Source of the DNA: Octopus bimaculoides
Taxonomy: Eukaryota
Assembly: GCF_001194135.2 (NCBI RefSeq)
Contig: NC_068988.1
Coordinates: forward strand, 43,573,778 to 43,637,777
Reading direction: 5' to 3'
Length of the DNA: 64,000 nucleotides
Shown: in pieces, positions 52,030 through 64,000 of the stretch
Position numbering within the stretch: position 1 is the stretch's first letter
Layout: each line of letters starts with the position of its first letter
The notes under the pieces: generated by a model
Seen by the model: only the letters and a program-made list of their open reading frames with translations
Told to the model about the DNA's origin: nothing
Databases searched by the model: none
Position numbers and translations under genes: made by a program

Positions 52030-52900
52030 GACTACTGAGACTATTTCTTCGTCAAATCCATAAGAATCATTGAATACTTCTTGCCATAGCTTCTGGCCAT
52101 ATTCTGTCCATGCAGTTCTCAATTAAAAGGTTACAGACTGCTTAAATAATACCTAACGCTTTCATTATATGACAATTTTCCGAAAGTCCTCGAGAGATTA
52201 TTTGACTTGTTTCTTCAACAAGTTATTTGAAAGTACAACGAAGTATACCCATACCTATAGATGTCAGTAAGTTATATCTTGTGATATCTTGTGAGAGGCA
52301 AACTGTTTCCGATAGAAATTCAGGTCTAGGGAGTGTCGAGATTCTTGGGTAGTGAAAAATATTATCAATCACCAGCAATATTTTAGCTTCAAGGTTATAT
52401 CCTTCGCAATATCTTTTCACTGCAGGACAAAAGTATGATAGATACTGTGTGAAATTTTCTTTTGTTTCTTAAACTTTCTTGTATGATTACCAAGATAGTT
52501 ATGTTTCAAGATAGTTATGTTTTCTATTACCATCATTGATCCGTGACGCTTCTAAATTATAAACGTACATTGGCTAAAATGCCTTCTGAAGCAATATCAC
52601 CAGGTAATAGTTGTGTTATATGACTTTTTCCAACCTTGGACCCAGAAGCCCTTTTCTTTTCAAAAGACGAAAGTCCAGGATTGTGTCTTTTCTCTAAAAA
52701 GACCCGTTTCATCTACATTAGATAGAATTTGGTGGGAATAGTTGACGCATTCGAAGATACTATAAAGAATTTTGGGGTAATTTCCATGAAATTTCTTAAA
52801 TCTATAAACCCAAGTAAATCATTCGGAATCATTTTGTTGTAAGTGTCTAAAGATGATCATTGCTTTTTAAATTGCGACATGTTTGTTTAATGATTTCATC
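52030..52900 (-). mobile_element. pogo/Tigger-family transposase remnant
   Basis: Minus-strand WVYRFKKFHG, NVDETGLF, KRYCEGYNLEAKILLVIDN..HYP, GILRCTFK and DRIWPE follow the DDE_1/CENP-B-like motif order. Confidence 0.8.
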
Positions 52901-53029
52901 AGTCACTCACGTACTTAGAATAGTTTCCGTTATTTCAATACTGTTTCTTGCGTAAGTCAACTTCTTTGCTGGTAGCCAAAAAGTTGCCACTTTAGAAACT
53001 CTACAACTTATGCTGAAAGCTCCTCTGTT

Positions 53030-53068
<39 letters not shown>

Positions 53069-53940
53069 ATACACACACTGCTTATATGCATATACATATG
53101 AATACACATATACGTGCGAGTATATGAATCCACATATACTCGATGTATATTACTGTTCTAAACTTGATTATTTTTTATTTTTATATAGCTCTTTTTAAAT
53201 GGCTATTCACAAGAGAAACACCTTCGTTAAGGTATTTAGCATTTGTTCCTATAAAACTATTACAACTACTTCAGAAGTAAATGTCTAAATTTCATTTTCA
53301 ATATTAATTTCATTGATTCGAGCACGCTTTGTAAAGTCTTTTACGAAGCAAATCGAGCATACTTGCGTTCATGATGCTTCGTATTCTTCCATACATCACC
53401 AACGCCGGTCTTGACACCCGGCTTTATATTTTCTACATATCTCACACCATGTGTATGTGTGCGTGTGCTTCTGTGTGTATATGTGTGTGCGTGAGTGTGT
53501 GTGCGTGTCTGTGTGTGAGTGTCTGTGAATATATACGTATATGTACATATATATATATATATATATATATACATCCATACACGCATACATACACTCAATT
53601 CATTTTTATATTCCCCTTTATTCGCTACCTCTCATCGTTTTTTGTGAGGTTTTTAGGTGTTTCATTTATTTATAACAATATCGCATTTTTTATAAATGAA
53701 TATATTCATTTATCTTTATTTTCCAATTCATCTATTTTTACATTTCATTTAAAAAACAACTACATCACGCCTCTTTCAATATGTGTGTGTGTACATATTT
53801 TATATACATACATAAGCATACACTATGACAAATGAATATGCATTTATACATATATACATGTATATATGTACGTGTGAATGTATGTATTTATGAATGCATG
53901 TCTATCACACGTGCACATACACACTCATAAAGAGAAAGAG

Positions 53941-53985
<45 letters not shown>

Positions 53986-54591
53986 CATATATATTTGTAT
54001 ACATGTAATATATACCAGCTTTAGAAAAAATATGCCAAATCATAAGCAGATGATGATAGGAAAAATACGATATTGGTGCTAATGGCGGAGCTAAGATGCT
54101 GCTTTTATTTTCGTATTTTCTGTATATAAATGTTTCTGTGAGTGTTTTTGGGTGATAAAATATAACGAATTCATCTATTTGTTTTCTTTTATATACTTAT
54201 TTAATTATTCATACTTATATTTATCTTTTCAATTATTTATTTCAATGTAACTGAAAAGAAGAAAAAGAAGAAAAAGAATAACTCAGCAGCACTGCAAGTG
54301 TCATTTGCAAGACGAGAACATTTATGCAAATCGACTAGTTCTGAAACATATGAACACATGCACACAAAGCACGCTTTATGAGGTGCACAGAGACACGCAA
54401 CATACGCACAAAGAGTTTTCTTGCAGATATCTAAAACTATTAAATTGATTGAAGCTATTGGCAGAATGCTAAATGATGTTATGTGCCAAACTTTTCAGAT
54501 CCAAATTTACACAACCCCGCTTCAAGGAATTTACACCTCACTCACATATTCCTCACACGATTCCGCACTTCACTCTCAATGTGCTACTTAA

Positions 54592-54622
<31 letters not shown>

Positions 54623-54732
54623 TGTATGTACGTACATACGTACATATGTATCTATGTATATATGTGTGTATGTACGTGAGTACGTAAGTATGAATATCAT
54701 TATTCAGTTTATGCAAACATATACATACATAT

Positions 54733-54864
<132 letters not shown>

Positions 54865-55000
54865 CAACACACAGACAAACATATATGAATGTATATGTAT
54901 GTATCTATATATGTGTACATGAATACATATATATATATATGTATATATAAAAGATAATACGAGTGAAAAAACTACAGAAGGCTTGTGTTACATGGTTAAA

Positions 55001-55040
<40 letters not shown>

Positions 55041-55736
55041 AACTATCTATCTATTTGTATGTATGTCTGTCTACCAACGCACATACACACATACACATGT
55101 ACACACACTGCACAGAGACACACACACTCATATAATTTTACAAGATTTATATCTGATGAAAAATGTATATTTTTGGGGTGTACATGCATATGTATATAAA
55201 TATTATCGCACGTATACGCAAGTGGGAGCATATAAGTGTATATATATATTTGTATATATATGCATATGCGTGTGCGCCCGCGCGCGCGTGTGTATGATTG
55301 AGTGAGTGAGCGAGTGAGTATATATGTATAAACACACACACACATATATATACACACATATATATACACACATACACACACATACAAACATGCATACACA
55401 CACACACTCACACACACACATATATATATATAAGCGTATGTGTGTTTATATATTTGCACGCACACCCATTCATACTAATTCTCTGGATTTATATTCAGGA
55501 CTCTGCTGAAATACTTTTGATGATAGGTGTGTTCGATCAGGACGCTACCTATTTTTCCTGGGGCTAAAAATCAATGCTAACATGATGAATAACATCAACG
55601 GAAAAATAAACACACAAAAACTACACATTGAATCTATATTTTGCTCTTCCTACCCTCACAATTTCCTTAACGTGTAAATACCCTGAAGAAATACAGCAAA
55701 ACATTTTTCTAACACTCTATTCTGCCAGTTTAAATC

Positions 55737-55738
<2 letters not shown>

Positions 55739-55831
<93 letters not shown>
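55739..55831. repeat. (AAT)31 microsatellite (5' flank of the Dong-like element)
   Basis: Seen directly. Confidence 0.98.
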
Positions 55832-58800
55832 TGATGGTACATCTAGTGATGGCGTCACGATAAAAACACTGGTAAGTGCGCAACCTGATAATCGCCACCT
55901 CATATGAGTGACAATGAAAAAGCAAAATATTGTGAATAACGGTGGCAATGAAACTGAAGCCCTCGATGGTGACAGTGTTGCACCCGGCAGGCTCGGAGAT
56001 ACTGGTCCGACTCTAACCTGCCGTTATCAAGCAAGGGACCAGCACACACGGCGTAGATGGAATAAGCAAGTCAATGCTGTGGTCATGGAGTGTTACTACC
56101 TTGCAACCCTGTAAACGAAAATGGTGTTCATATTATGCGATACCGACAACGTATGTGTGATCAATGGAGAGAAAGAGGATTGTTTCAACTCACGGAGCCG
56201 AGATTATGTGATCAAGCGAGAGCAATAAGAAAAAATCGTTGGTTCACAGAAGCAGAGCTCGAAGCTATCAAAAGACGGGTATTGGAAAAGAGCGGCAGAG
56301 GAAATGATGAAAATAAAGTTCTTACGAATAAAAGTAATCTCATAACAGAGGTGAGATCTGCAATAAACCACAGGAAAGGAACAGTGATAGCTTGCTCGTT
56401 GAGAGACATATAGATGGTCTGGAAGAAGACAATAAAACTAATGGTGACATGACAGATGGGCAAAAGGCAATCTACGACAGAATAAAGGCAAGGCTACAGG
56501 AGAACGACAGCGACATTATTTGCAACCTTAAAAAGGTTGGTCGGTGGAAATTGAACCAAGAAACGATAAATGGTAATGAAATTCTGAAACACATCAGAAC
56601 AAAGAACATCTCAGAAACAAACAATTTCATCAAGGCAGCAAGTATTGTTGTAGCAGAAACTGTTGGTGTTGATGTCAAGAAGAAGAAATATAATGGGAGT
56701 GACAAAAGAAAAGATCCATGGTGGAAAAGAAGAATACAGGAAGGGTTATATATGCTCTCGAAAGACATTTCTGTGTAAGACCGAAACGGGGGGGGGGGGA
56801 GCTTAAAAGCGAACAAAAATTCAAGGCACTGAACAGGAAGTATAATATTGAAAGAAAGGGCCTGAAAGTGGTAATGGAGGAACTGAAACAGCACCCCATT
56901 GCAAAGAAAGCAAAGATGGTAAGATACGACCAAAGAATGAAGGGAAATCAGCAGAATAGGTTATTAAGAGTAGATCAAAAGAGATTCTATAAAGAAATAA
57001 ATGGAGAGTATACAGATGAAAAGATGATACCAAATAACATCGAAAGTCAAAGGTTTTGAAGTGACATCTGGAGCAAAGACAAGGACCAAAAGAAGGATGC
57101 TGAATGGTTGCAAGAACTGAAACAAACAGTAGTCTGTCCAAAACAGGCAGAACTAGTCATTTCAGTTAGGGAAGTGAAGGAAATCAGCAAAAAAAATGGG
57201 CAACTGGAAGACCCCGGGGTCAGATGGAGTTCAAGGCTATTGTACTGAAAGATTTGGTGAGTGTCATGCACGAATAGCTGCGTAACTCAACACCTTGTTA
57301 AATGCCGACCAAGTGATACCAAAGTGATTGACAATGGGTAGGACAGTACTGTGCTTGAAAAACATCGAAAAAGGCAATATGGTAGACAATCACAGGCTGA
57401 TATCCTGCTTGCCACTTATGTGGAAAGTATGGACTGGAATAGTTGCAGAGTAAATGTACGGACATCTGGGAAAAAATGGAGTCCTAGCAAATGAGCAGAG
57501 GGGTTGCAATTGTAAGTGCAGAGTTACCAAGGATCAACTCCTGGTAGACAAAACTGCAGTTAGAGACTGCAAGAAGAGGAAAGCTAACATAGCCATGTCA
57601 TGGATCGGTTATCGTAAGGCGTACGATATGACCCCACATTCTTGGATTATGGAATGTATGAACCTATTTGGTATTGCATCGAATGTTGAGCGATTGCTTG
57701 GAGAAAGTATAGCAAAGTGGAAGACGGAACTGATAGCATACGGAAGAAGTTAAAGGACAATAGAAATCAGGAGAGGCATCTTCCAATGAGACTGCCTGTC
57801 TCCACTGATCTTTGTACTGTGCTTGATACCACTACCACTGATTCTGAGAAAAGCAAAAGCTGTGTATGTATTCAAAACCCGCCAAAAAAAGTCAACTACT
57901 TATTATTCATGGATGACCTCAAACTTTATGGTAAAGATGAATCCCAAGTCAGTTCCCTCGTTGATACGGTGTATACTTTCAGTGCTGATATCAGAATGGA
58001 TTTCGGACTAAAAAAAGTGTGGTGTGTTAGTCTTGAATAGAGGCAAAATCAAATGTATGGACGGGCTAGTGATACCGTCGGGGGGGNNNNNNNNNNNNNN
58101 NNNNNNNNNNNNNNNNNNNNNNNNNNNNNNNNNNNNNNNNNNNNNNNNNNNNNNNNNNNNNNNNNNNNNNNNNNNNNNNNNNNNNNNNNNNNNNNNNNNN
58201 NNNNNNNNNNNNNNNNNNNNNNNNNNNNNNNNNNNNNNNNNNNNNNNNNNNNNNNNNNNNNNNNNNNNNNNNNNNNNNNNNNNNNGGGGGGGGGGGGCGG
58301 TTATGAAGCAAATAGAAGAGACGAGTTATAAGTACTTGGGGATATTGGAAACGGATAACGTGATGGAGAAGGAAATGACAGAAAAATTTAAGGTGGGCTG
58401 GGGTCCATATAAGATTTTGTTGTTAAAATTTATCGGTAATAAATTGGTTGGTTATACTTCTACACTATACAAAGACGCGGTATGAGCAAACCCCAGAAGG
58501 AGTCACTGGGAAGGAGAATTGCAAAATCCTGTGGGATGCAATGATTCAGTGCGATCACCTGATCAGACACCGGAAGCCGGACATTGTTGTGGTGAGTAAA
58601 AAAGAAACAAAATGTATGATAATAGACATAGCATGCTCCGGTGACAATAGGGTCAATATGAAAGAAGAAGAAAAAATAAACAACTATAACGATTCGAAGT
58701 GGGAAATACGAAGGTTGTAGTCAATGAGGAGAGTAGACGTAATACCAATAGTAACTGGTGCAATCGGAAGTATCAGCACTCAGCTACCAACATGGCTGAA

Positions 58801-58987
58801 AAAGTTTGATGCAAGTGTGAAGGTAGAACACCCACAAAAATTGGCATTGCTTGGAACTGCAAGAATTCTTCGCAGGGTTCTTGAAGTATCACCAGTAAAC
58901 AAATGTGACATTAGTCTGCTGGCTGTGGACAGCTAACACTTTCCATAATACCTAGCAAAATAAACTGTGAGTTTTCATCACATAACA
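55832..58987 (+). mobile_element. Near full-length R4/Dong-like RLE non-LTR retrotransposon (frameshifted, internally deleted)
   Basis: N-terminal [17 protein letters not shown] and [18 protein letters not shown]; DPWWKRRI; DQKRFYKEING; RT KDQLLVDK, GYRKAYDMTPHSW, LLFMDDLKLYGK, YKYLGI; RLE KILWD..IQCDHLIRHRKPDIVVV..IIDIAC; KLALLGTARILRRVL. Confidence 0.92.
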
Positions 58988-59003
58988 AATAATAATAATA
59001 ATA

Positions 59004-59074
<71 letters not shown>

Positions 59075-59079
59075 AAGAA

Positions 59080-59125
<46 letters not shown>

Positions 59126-59130
59126 GAGGA
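58988..59130. repeat. Compound (AAT)6-(GAT)n-(AAG)n microsatellite
   Basis: Seen directly at the 3' junction of the element. Confidence 0.97.
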
Positions 59131-59682
59131 AGAGGGAGGAGGGGGGAATATAGACAATTTGATGAATTGATTGATAGATTTGGATACAGAGAGATGCAGA
59201 GAGAGTGGGTGGGTGATAGAAACCCACTTTTGCTGCTTGACTAAATGTTTATTACAGATATAGATGTGATTCCATTTACATATTTACTCATAAAACACGT
59301 TATATTGATGATACTGTAGTTGTTAAGACCTGCTATCAACTTTATAACATTCTCTTCACGACTTGCTCTGCTCACATTCTTTACATTTTATGTAAGTGGT
59401 TACAAGCCATTCTCTTTCGGCAGCTTAAAGCACAGAAATAAGTAATCGCAGATGCCTTTTAAGAAAGAACGGTTTTAATTAGGTAGATCCTTTAGTCATT
59501 TGACCTAATTTATCACGTGACAAAATACATGTTCATAAAAATGTATTTGGTCTTGTATATGCTCATATAAAAAATTTCTTGGAATTTTTCCATAAATTCA
59601 GTCACCACGAGAAATGAAGAATCTAACATTCAATATATTGTTGCTTTCAGAACGAGAAGAATAAAGTACTGTCCCTTTAGAT

Positions 59683-59974
59683 CAACCGGGGTCTGTATGC
59701 CCCNNNNNNNNNNNNNNNNNNNNNNNNNNNNNNNNNNNNNNNNNNNNNNNNNNNNNNNNNATATAAGATTTTGTTGTTAAAATTTATCGGTAATAAATTG
59801 GTTGGTTATACTTCTTCACTATACAAAATATATTAATTTTTTTATACAGTTCCTAATAATATGGATTTAATTCTAAAAATATAATAGGATTTTTTAAGCA
59901 TCATATGGCTATAAGGATACATCCGAGTAAAAGAGGAATCAAAGGGCTTCATAGAAAGTAGTTGAGAAACACTG
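59683..59974. mobile_element. hAT-Charlie-type MITE (left TIR mostly lost; contains a gap)
   Basis: Right TIR gttgagaaacactg (reverse complement cagtgtttctcaac); left remnant tcaaccgggg; putative TSD ctttagat / ctttaggt. Confidence 0.55.
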
Positions 59975-60974
59975 CTTTAGGTGTAGGCTTGTATTCTCCC
60001 TCTGATGTAGTTACTCTTGTATCCGTTAGAGTTTCAGTTGGTCTATTTAAGAGGCAGTGAGAGGAAAAGTAAATAATTCAGCAGTTTATGATCCATCCGT
60101 GGCGAAACCACTTAATTCTTAAAGTGCTACATAACCTACCAGTGTGTATGTAGGATCCTTAGAGTTGTTCCGTTCTGCGACAGTCCAGCTTAAATAACAA
60201 GTATCTAGATGGTTTCCCCTGCTGAGTTCAATTCCAGCTGTGTATATATGGCCTGCATAACTGTTGAGTTTTAACAAGTCGAATTCACACATCCTGGTTT
60301 ACTACAGACGTAACCATGATCCCTGACTCACAGGCATTATAAAGATGTAAGAAGTTTTACAGAATATAAATGTCTGCTTAGTTTTCTCTATTTTTCCCCA
60401 TTCATGTTGCGTTGGTATGTTATTTCTGTCTTTAGGAACTGCGAGGTAGCAATTTAGCATTTCAGACATCTAAAACTAATTAAGAACCAGTAATTACAAC
60501 ACATAATGTCAGATGCGAAATTGTTGCATAGACGTCACTTCAATGAAGAAGTAAAACAATAGAAAGAAAAGATAAATAAACTAGACAAACGTATTTGGCT
60601 ATGATTGGTGTTTAATTAAAATACACATTTTTCTCATTCTGGAAAACTTTCAGACTTATTTCTGTTATTCTACCGAAAGTCCTTCATTAAATACTTGAAA
60701 ATTGCACATTGTTTGAGAGGGTTAATAATACAATTCAAAGATAAATGTTAACTACATTAATCAAATGGGGAAAATAGAGCCGTCGTATCGTCGCTCTGTC
60801 TCAAAGTAGACTTTCGCTGATTAAATATGTCTGAACTGAAATATAAATCCGCTTAGCTAATCAACAAGGCATTATGGGAATAACTTATACATATTGCATG
60901 ACAGTATGACAGTTTTCTCTGAGTATATGACAAGCTGTAGGTAGACGATATCGATATCAAATAGTATATGTAAG

Positions 60975-61408
60975 ACGGCGACAGGCAGAATCGTTAGCGC
61001 GCCGGACAAAATGCTTAGCTGCATTTCATTGCAAGTTAAGTTTTGAGTTCAAATGTCACCATGGTCAACTTTGCCTTTCATCCTTTCAGGATCGATAAAG
61101 TAAGTACCAGTTGAGCACTGGGATTGATATAAGATATAATCGACTTACACCCTCCCCCAAAGTTTCTGGCCTTGTGCCAAAATTTGAAACCGATATTACA
61201 TAATATATGTAAAGCAGCGAGATGGTAGAATCGTTACCGCACCGGATAAAATGCTCAGCCGCATTTTTTATCCCACTTAACATTCTGAGTTCAAATTCAT
61301 CTTTACGGGGTCATTCGAGTAAATACTAGTTGAGCGCTGGAGTTGATGTAATCGACTTACTCCAGCCTCCGAAATTGCTGGCCTTGTGTTAAAATTTGAA
61401 ACCGATAT
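60975..61408 (+). mobile_element. Two tandem SINE group A copies (about 60975-61195 and 61215-61408)
   Basis: Each begins 'gcga..ggcagaatcgtta' and ends 'gccttgtg..aaaatttgaaaccgatattaca'. Confidence 0.85.
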
Positions 61409-61417
61409 TACACAGTA

Positions 61418-61978
61418 AAGTAATACCACACTTTATGAGGACCCGCTTTAAAAGATCCCAGGTTTATGAGTTTTATTTTTCAAGCACAAGATCTAAAGTT
61501 TGAACAAAATGCAAAAGTTTCTACTACCATAACAAATGCTTCTACGGGTTACCGAGAATATTATAGAGAGTGAAAAAAAAAAGCTTCTTCTAAACAAACA
61601 ACTCTGGACTCGTTTTTTAAAAAAGAAATCTATTAGTCCGTCTACGAGTGCTTGTGAATCGGCGATCGCGTCTGCAAGTGACGGTGTGCACAAGTCTAGT
61701 GTAAGTGAAAATGATTCAGAAAACGTTTATAATAATATTTTTTGTTATAAATGATTTTGACATTCTTTTTAATTTACATAAAATATCCTTTACATTCTAC
61801 TGTTGCTTTATTGCCATTTATGTACGAACATTATAAATTTTATAGGTAAAATATTTTTCTGAGAACGAATTACGATTTATAACATTGCTACTATGGGAAA
61901 TTATTACTCTGTTTTACGAGTTTTCGCTTTAGGGGCGTCCTCCAGGAAGTAATTAACTCGTATATCGAGGCATTACTT
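61418..61978 (+). mobile_element. Internally deleted Tigger/pogo element
   Basis: TA-flanked imperfect TIRs (aagtaataccacactttatgag / ctcgtatatcgaggcattactt); retains the transposase C-terminus GYREYYRE*KKKASSKQTTLDSFFKK. Confidence 0.65.
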
Positions 61979-62131
61979 TATATGAGAAGTAAGTCTGAAT
62001 CATAGAAACGAAAGTCAAATATGAAAGGAAAGTTAGTAGTTAGATATTGAATGAAACATTTACAGTGTATCACACTCAGTAGACTTCTCGCATGTACACA
62101 CACACACACAGTCTCACACTCACACATACAC

Positions 62132-62176
<45 letters not shown>

Positions 62177-62357
62177 AAGAGTAACAGTGTCACAATGTCT
62201 TGTCAGTCTAGCTTTCGTAGTCAATTTTTTTCACTCTTCCATTCTCACACGTTCATCCTCTCTCGACTCTGCTTCCACTCTCTTGCCTCTCTCTCTTGTC
62301 TCTGTCTGTCTGTCTCTCTGTCTGTCTCTCTTGCTCTCTCTTCTTCTTTCCAGTATA

Positions 62358-62515
62358 TACGAGGTCGCATCAAAATGTTTCCGGACAAATTCTGTAGCGC
62401 GCCAACAGATAGCGGCAGACGTTTGCGTGCACAGTGAGAGCTAGCGGTAACCTTCATGAAGTAATGTGCCGAGAGATATCGCTGTGTTTACTTCGCAAGT
62501 TGTGAAATTTGTATT
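62358..62515 (+). mobile_element. Mariner-like left end fragment
   Basis: TIR-like 'tacgaggtcgcatcaaaatgtttccggac'; shares a downstream segment with 765-905. Confidence 0.6.
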
Positions 62516-62856
62516 TTTGTATATATATTAAATTATCATTAATGAAAATAGAGGCGAGAGAGAGAGAGAGAGTGCATTGAGTGTTACAAATAAAAACGGA
62601 AAATTTCGTCTGCAACGAATTAATATTGGTTATTAAAAATTAAAATCTATTCTGTAGTGAATGCAACGAATATTTAAATTTGTGAAATATACAATAAACT
62701 TCAGAAATCGAAATTACAGGAAATTTCTTGGAACATGAATTTATAAAAAATTCCAGTCAAGCCTTTAATAATTGTTCTCTTTTAGTAACTGTTACATACC
62801 TAATTAATAAGCAGCTTTTTCCATTATATATATATATATTTCCATTTTATGCATAT

Positions 62857-63188
62857 AAGGTTCAGTGGTTAGGGCGTCGGGACCTCAATCAGGAGATGGT
62901 GAATTCGATTCTCGGACCTGGCTGTGCGTTGTGTCCTAACGCAAGACACTTTATTTCACGTTGCTCCAGTTTACTCAGCTGTAGAAATGGCTTGAGACAA
63001 CACTGGTTCCAAGATGTATCGGCCTTTGCATTTCCCTTGGATAAAATCGGTGACGTGAAGCAGGGAGGCTAGTATGCACGGTCGGCTGCTGGTCTGCCAT
63101 AAACAACCGTGCCCGGATTTGTACCTCGGAGGGGAACTTTCTAGGTGCAATCCCAAGGTCATTCATGACCGAAGGGAGTCTTTACCCT
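62857..63188 (+). mobile_element. tRNA-derived SINE group B (head 2 plus tail Y)
   Basis: Head 'cagtggttagggcgtcgggacctc...gaattcgattc...gcaagacactttatttcacgttgctccagt'; tail matches 31050-31230. Confidence 0.85.
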
Positions 63189-63224
63189 ATGTATGTATGT
63201 ATGTATATATGTATGGATAGATAT

Positions 63225-63255
<31 letters not shown>

Positions 63256-63419
63256 TACTGAGGTAAAATATGATTGCCTTTCTGATTCACATATTGTTAC
63301 ATATAAGCACAAACGTCTTGCTCACTTCATGGCAAAGATATACAGAGGCAAAAACGTAGATATATAGAGAATCACAAACTAAATATTCTATGCTTTTGTA
63401 TTTCATATTCATTTATGAA

Positions 63420-63535
63420 GTCGCTGCAGATTGGCAGAGTCGTTAGTGTGCTTGAAAGAATGCTTGTTGGTATTTGCTCCGGCTCTTTGTGCTCAGAGTT
63501 CAAATTTAGCAGCGGTCAGTTTTGCCTTTCAGTTT
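63420..63535 (+). mobile_element. SINE group A 5' part
   Basis: 'attggcagagtcgttagtgtgc...aatgcttgttggtatttg...cagagttcaaattt...ttttgcctttca'. Confidence 0.65.
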
Positions 63536-63934
63536 TGACTAAAAAAAAATACCAATCTGATGATGTGAGTTGTCAGAATTGTTAGAGAGTTGAATGAGAT
63601 GCCTTTGCGGTATCTTTTCCGGGGCTCTTTGTGTTGTGTAAGCAACGCACGAGATGTGAATGGGGCCATGATGTGTAGGTCCAAAGCAGTTGCCTTCGAT
63701 TTGTGTAAATATTAGAGGCATGGAGAGGGGAGAATTACATGCAACTGCTAGTCTTCCTCAAAAAATATTGCCCAGACATGCATACATGTACAGATGCATG
63801 TTCAATATTGATCGACAGAGACCCTGCATTTATTATAAGAAAGAATATTTATTAAAAATAGGGGAGAAAGTGAGATAAACTGAAAGATGGACGGACTAAC
63901 TGTTGTTTTTATTCTGTCTATCTCTCCCCTTCTC

Positions 63935-63939
<5 letters not shown>

Positions 63940-64000
<61 letters not shown>
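63940..64000. repeat. (CA)n microsatellite running off the window
   Basis: Seen directly. Confidence 0.98.

Overview
This is AT-rich, gap-containing eukaryotic genomic DNA, almost entirely non-genic and repeat-derived. The dense (CA)n/(TA)n/(CATA)n/(CTAT)n/(AAT)n microsatellites and the tRNA-derived SINE families suggest a cephalopod, probably Octopus, draft assembly (inference). No intact protein-coding gene, rRNA, true tRNA or CRISPR array is supportable, and almost all ORFs in the track are microsatellite or N-gap artefacts. Recognisable content: many copies of three tRNA-derived SINE groups (my labels A, B and C); non-LTR retrotransposon remnants (four R4/Dong-like RLE pieces, RTE, CR1, Tx1/L1); and DNA-transposon relics (mariner, pogo/Tigger, hAT, two piggyBac-type MITEs, and a long-TIR MITE with an 8-bp TSD nested in a SINE). 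Most notable: (i) a near full-length R4/Dong-like element inside an (AAT)n array, plus fragments suggesting a second, (CATA)n-associated RLE lineage; (ii) a Penelope-type hammerhead ribozyme-like motif at 38627-38742 (-); (iii) modular and dimeric SINE architecture; (iv) a few low-confidence host exon candidates. All family assignments come from motif recognition by eye; no database search was run, and many boundaries are approximate.
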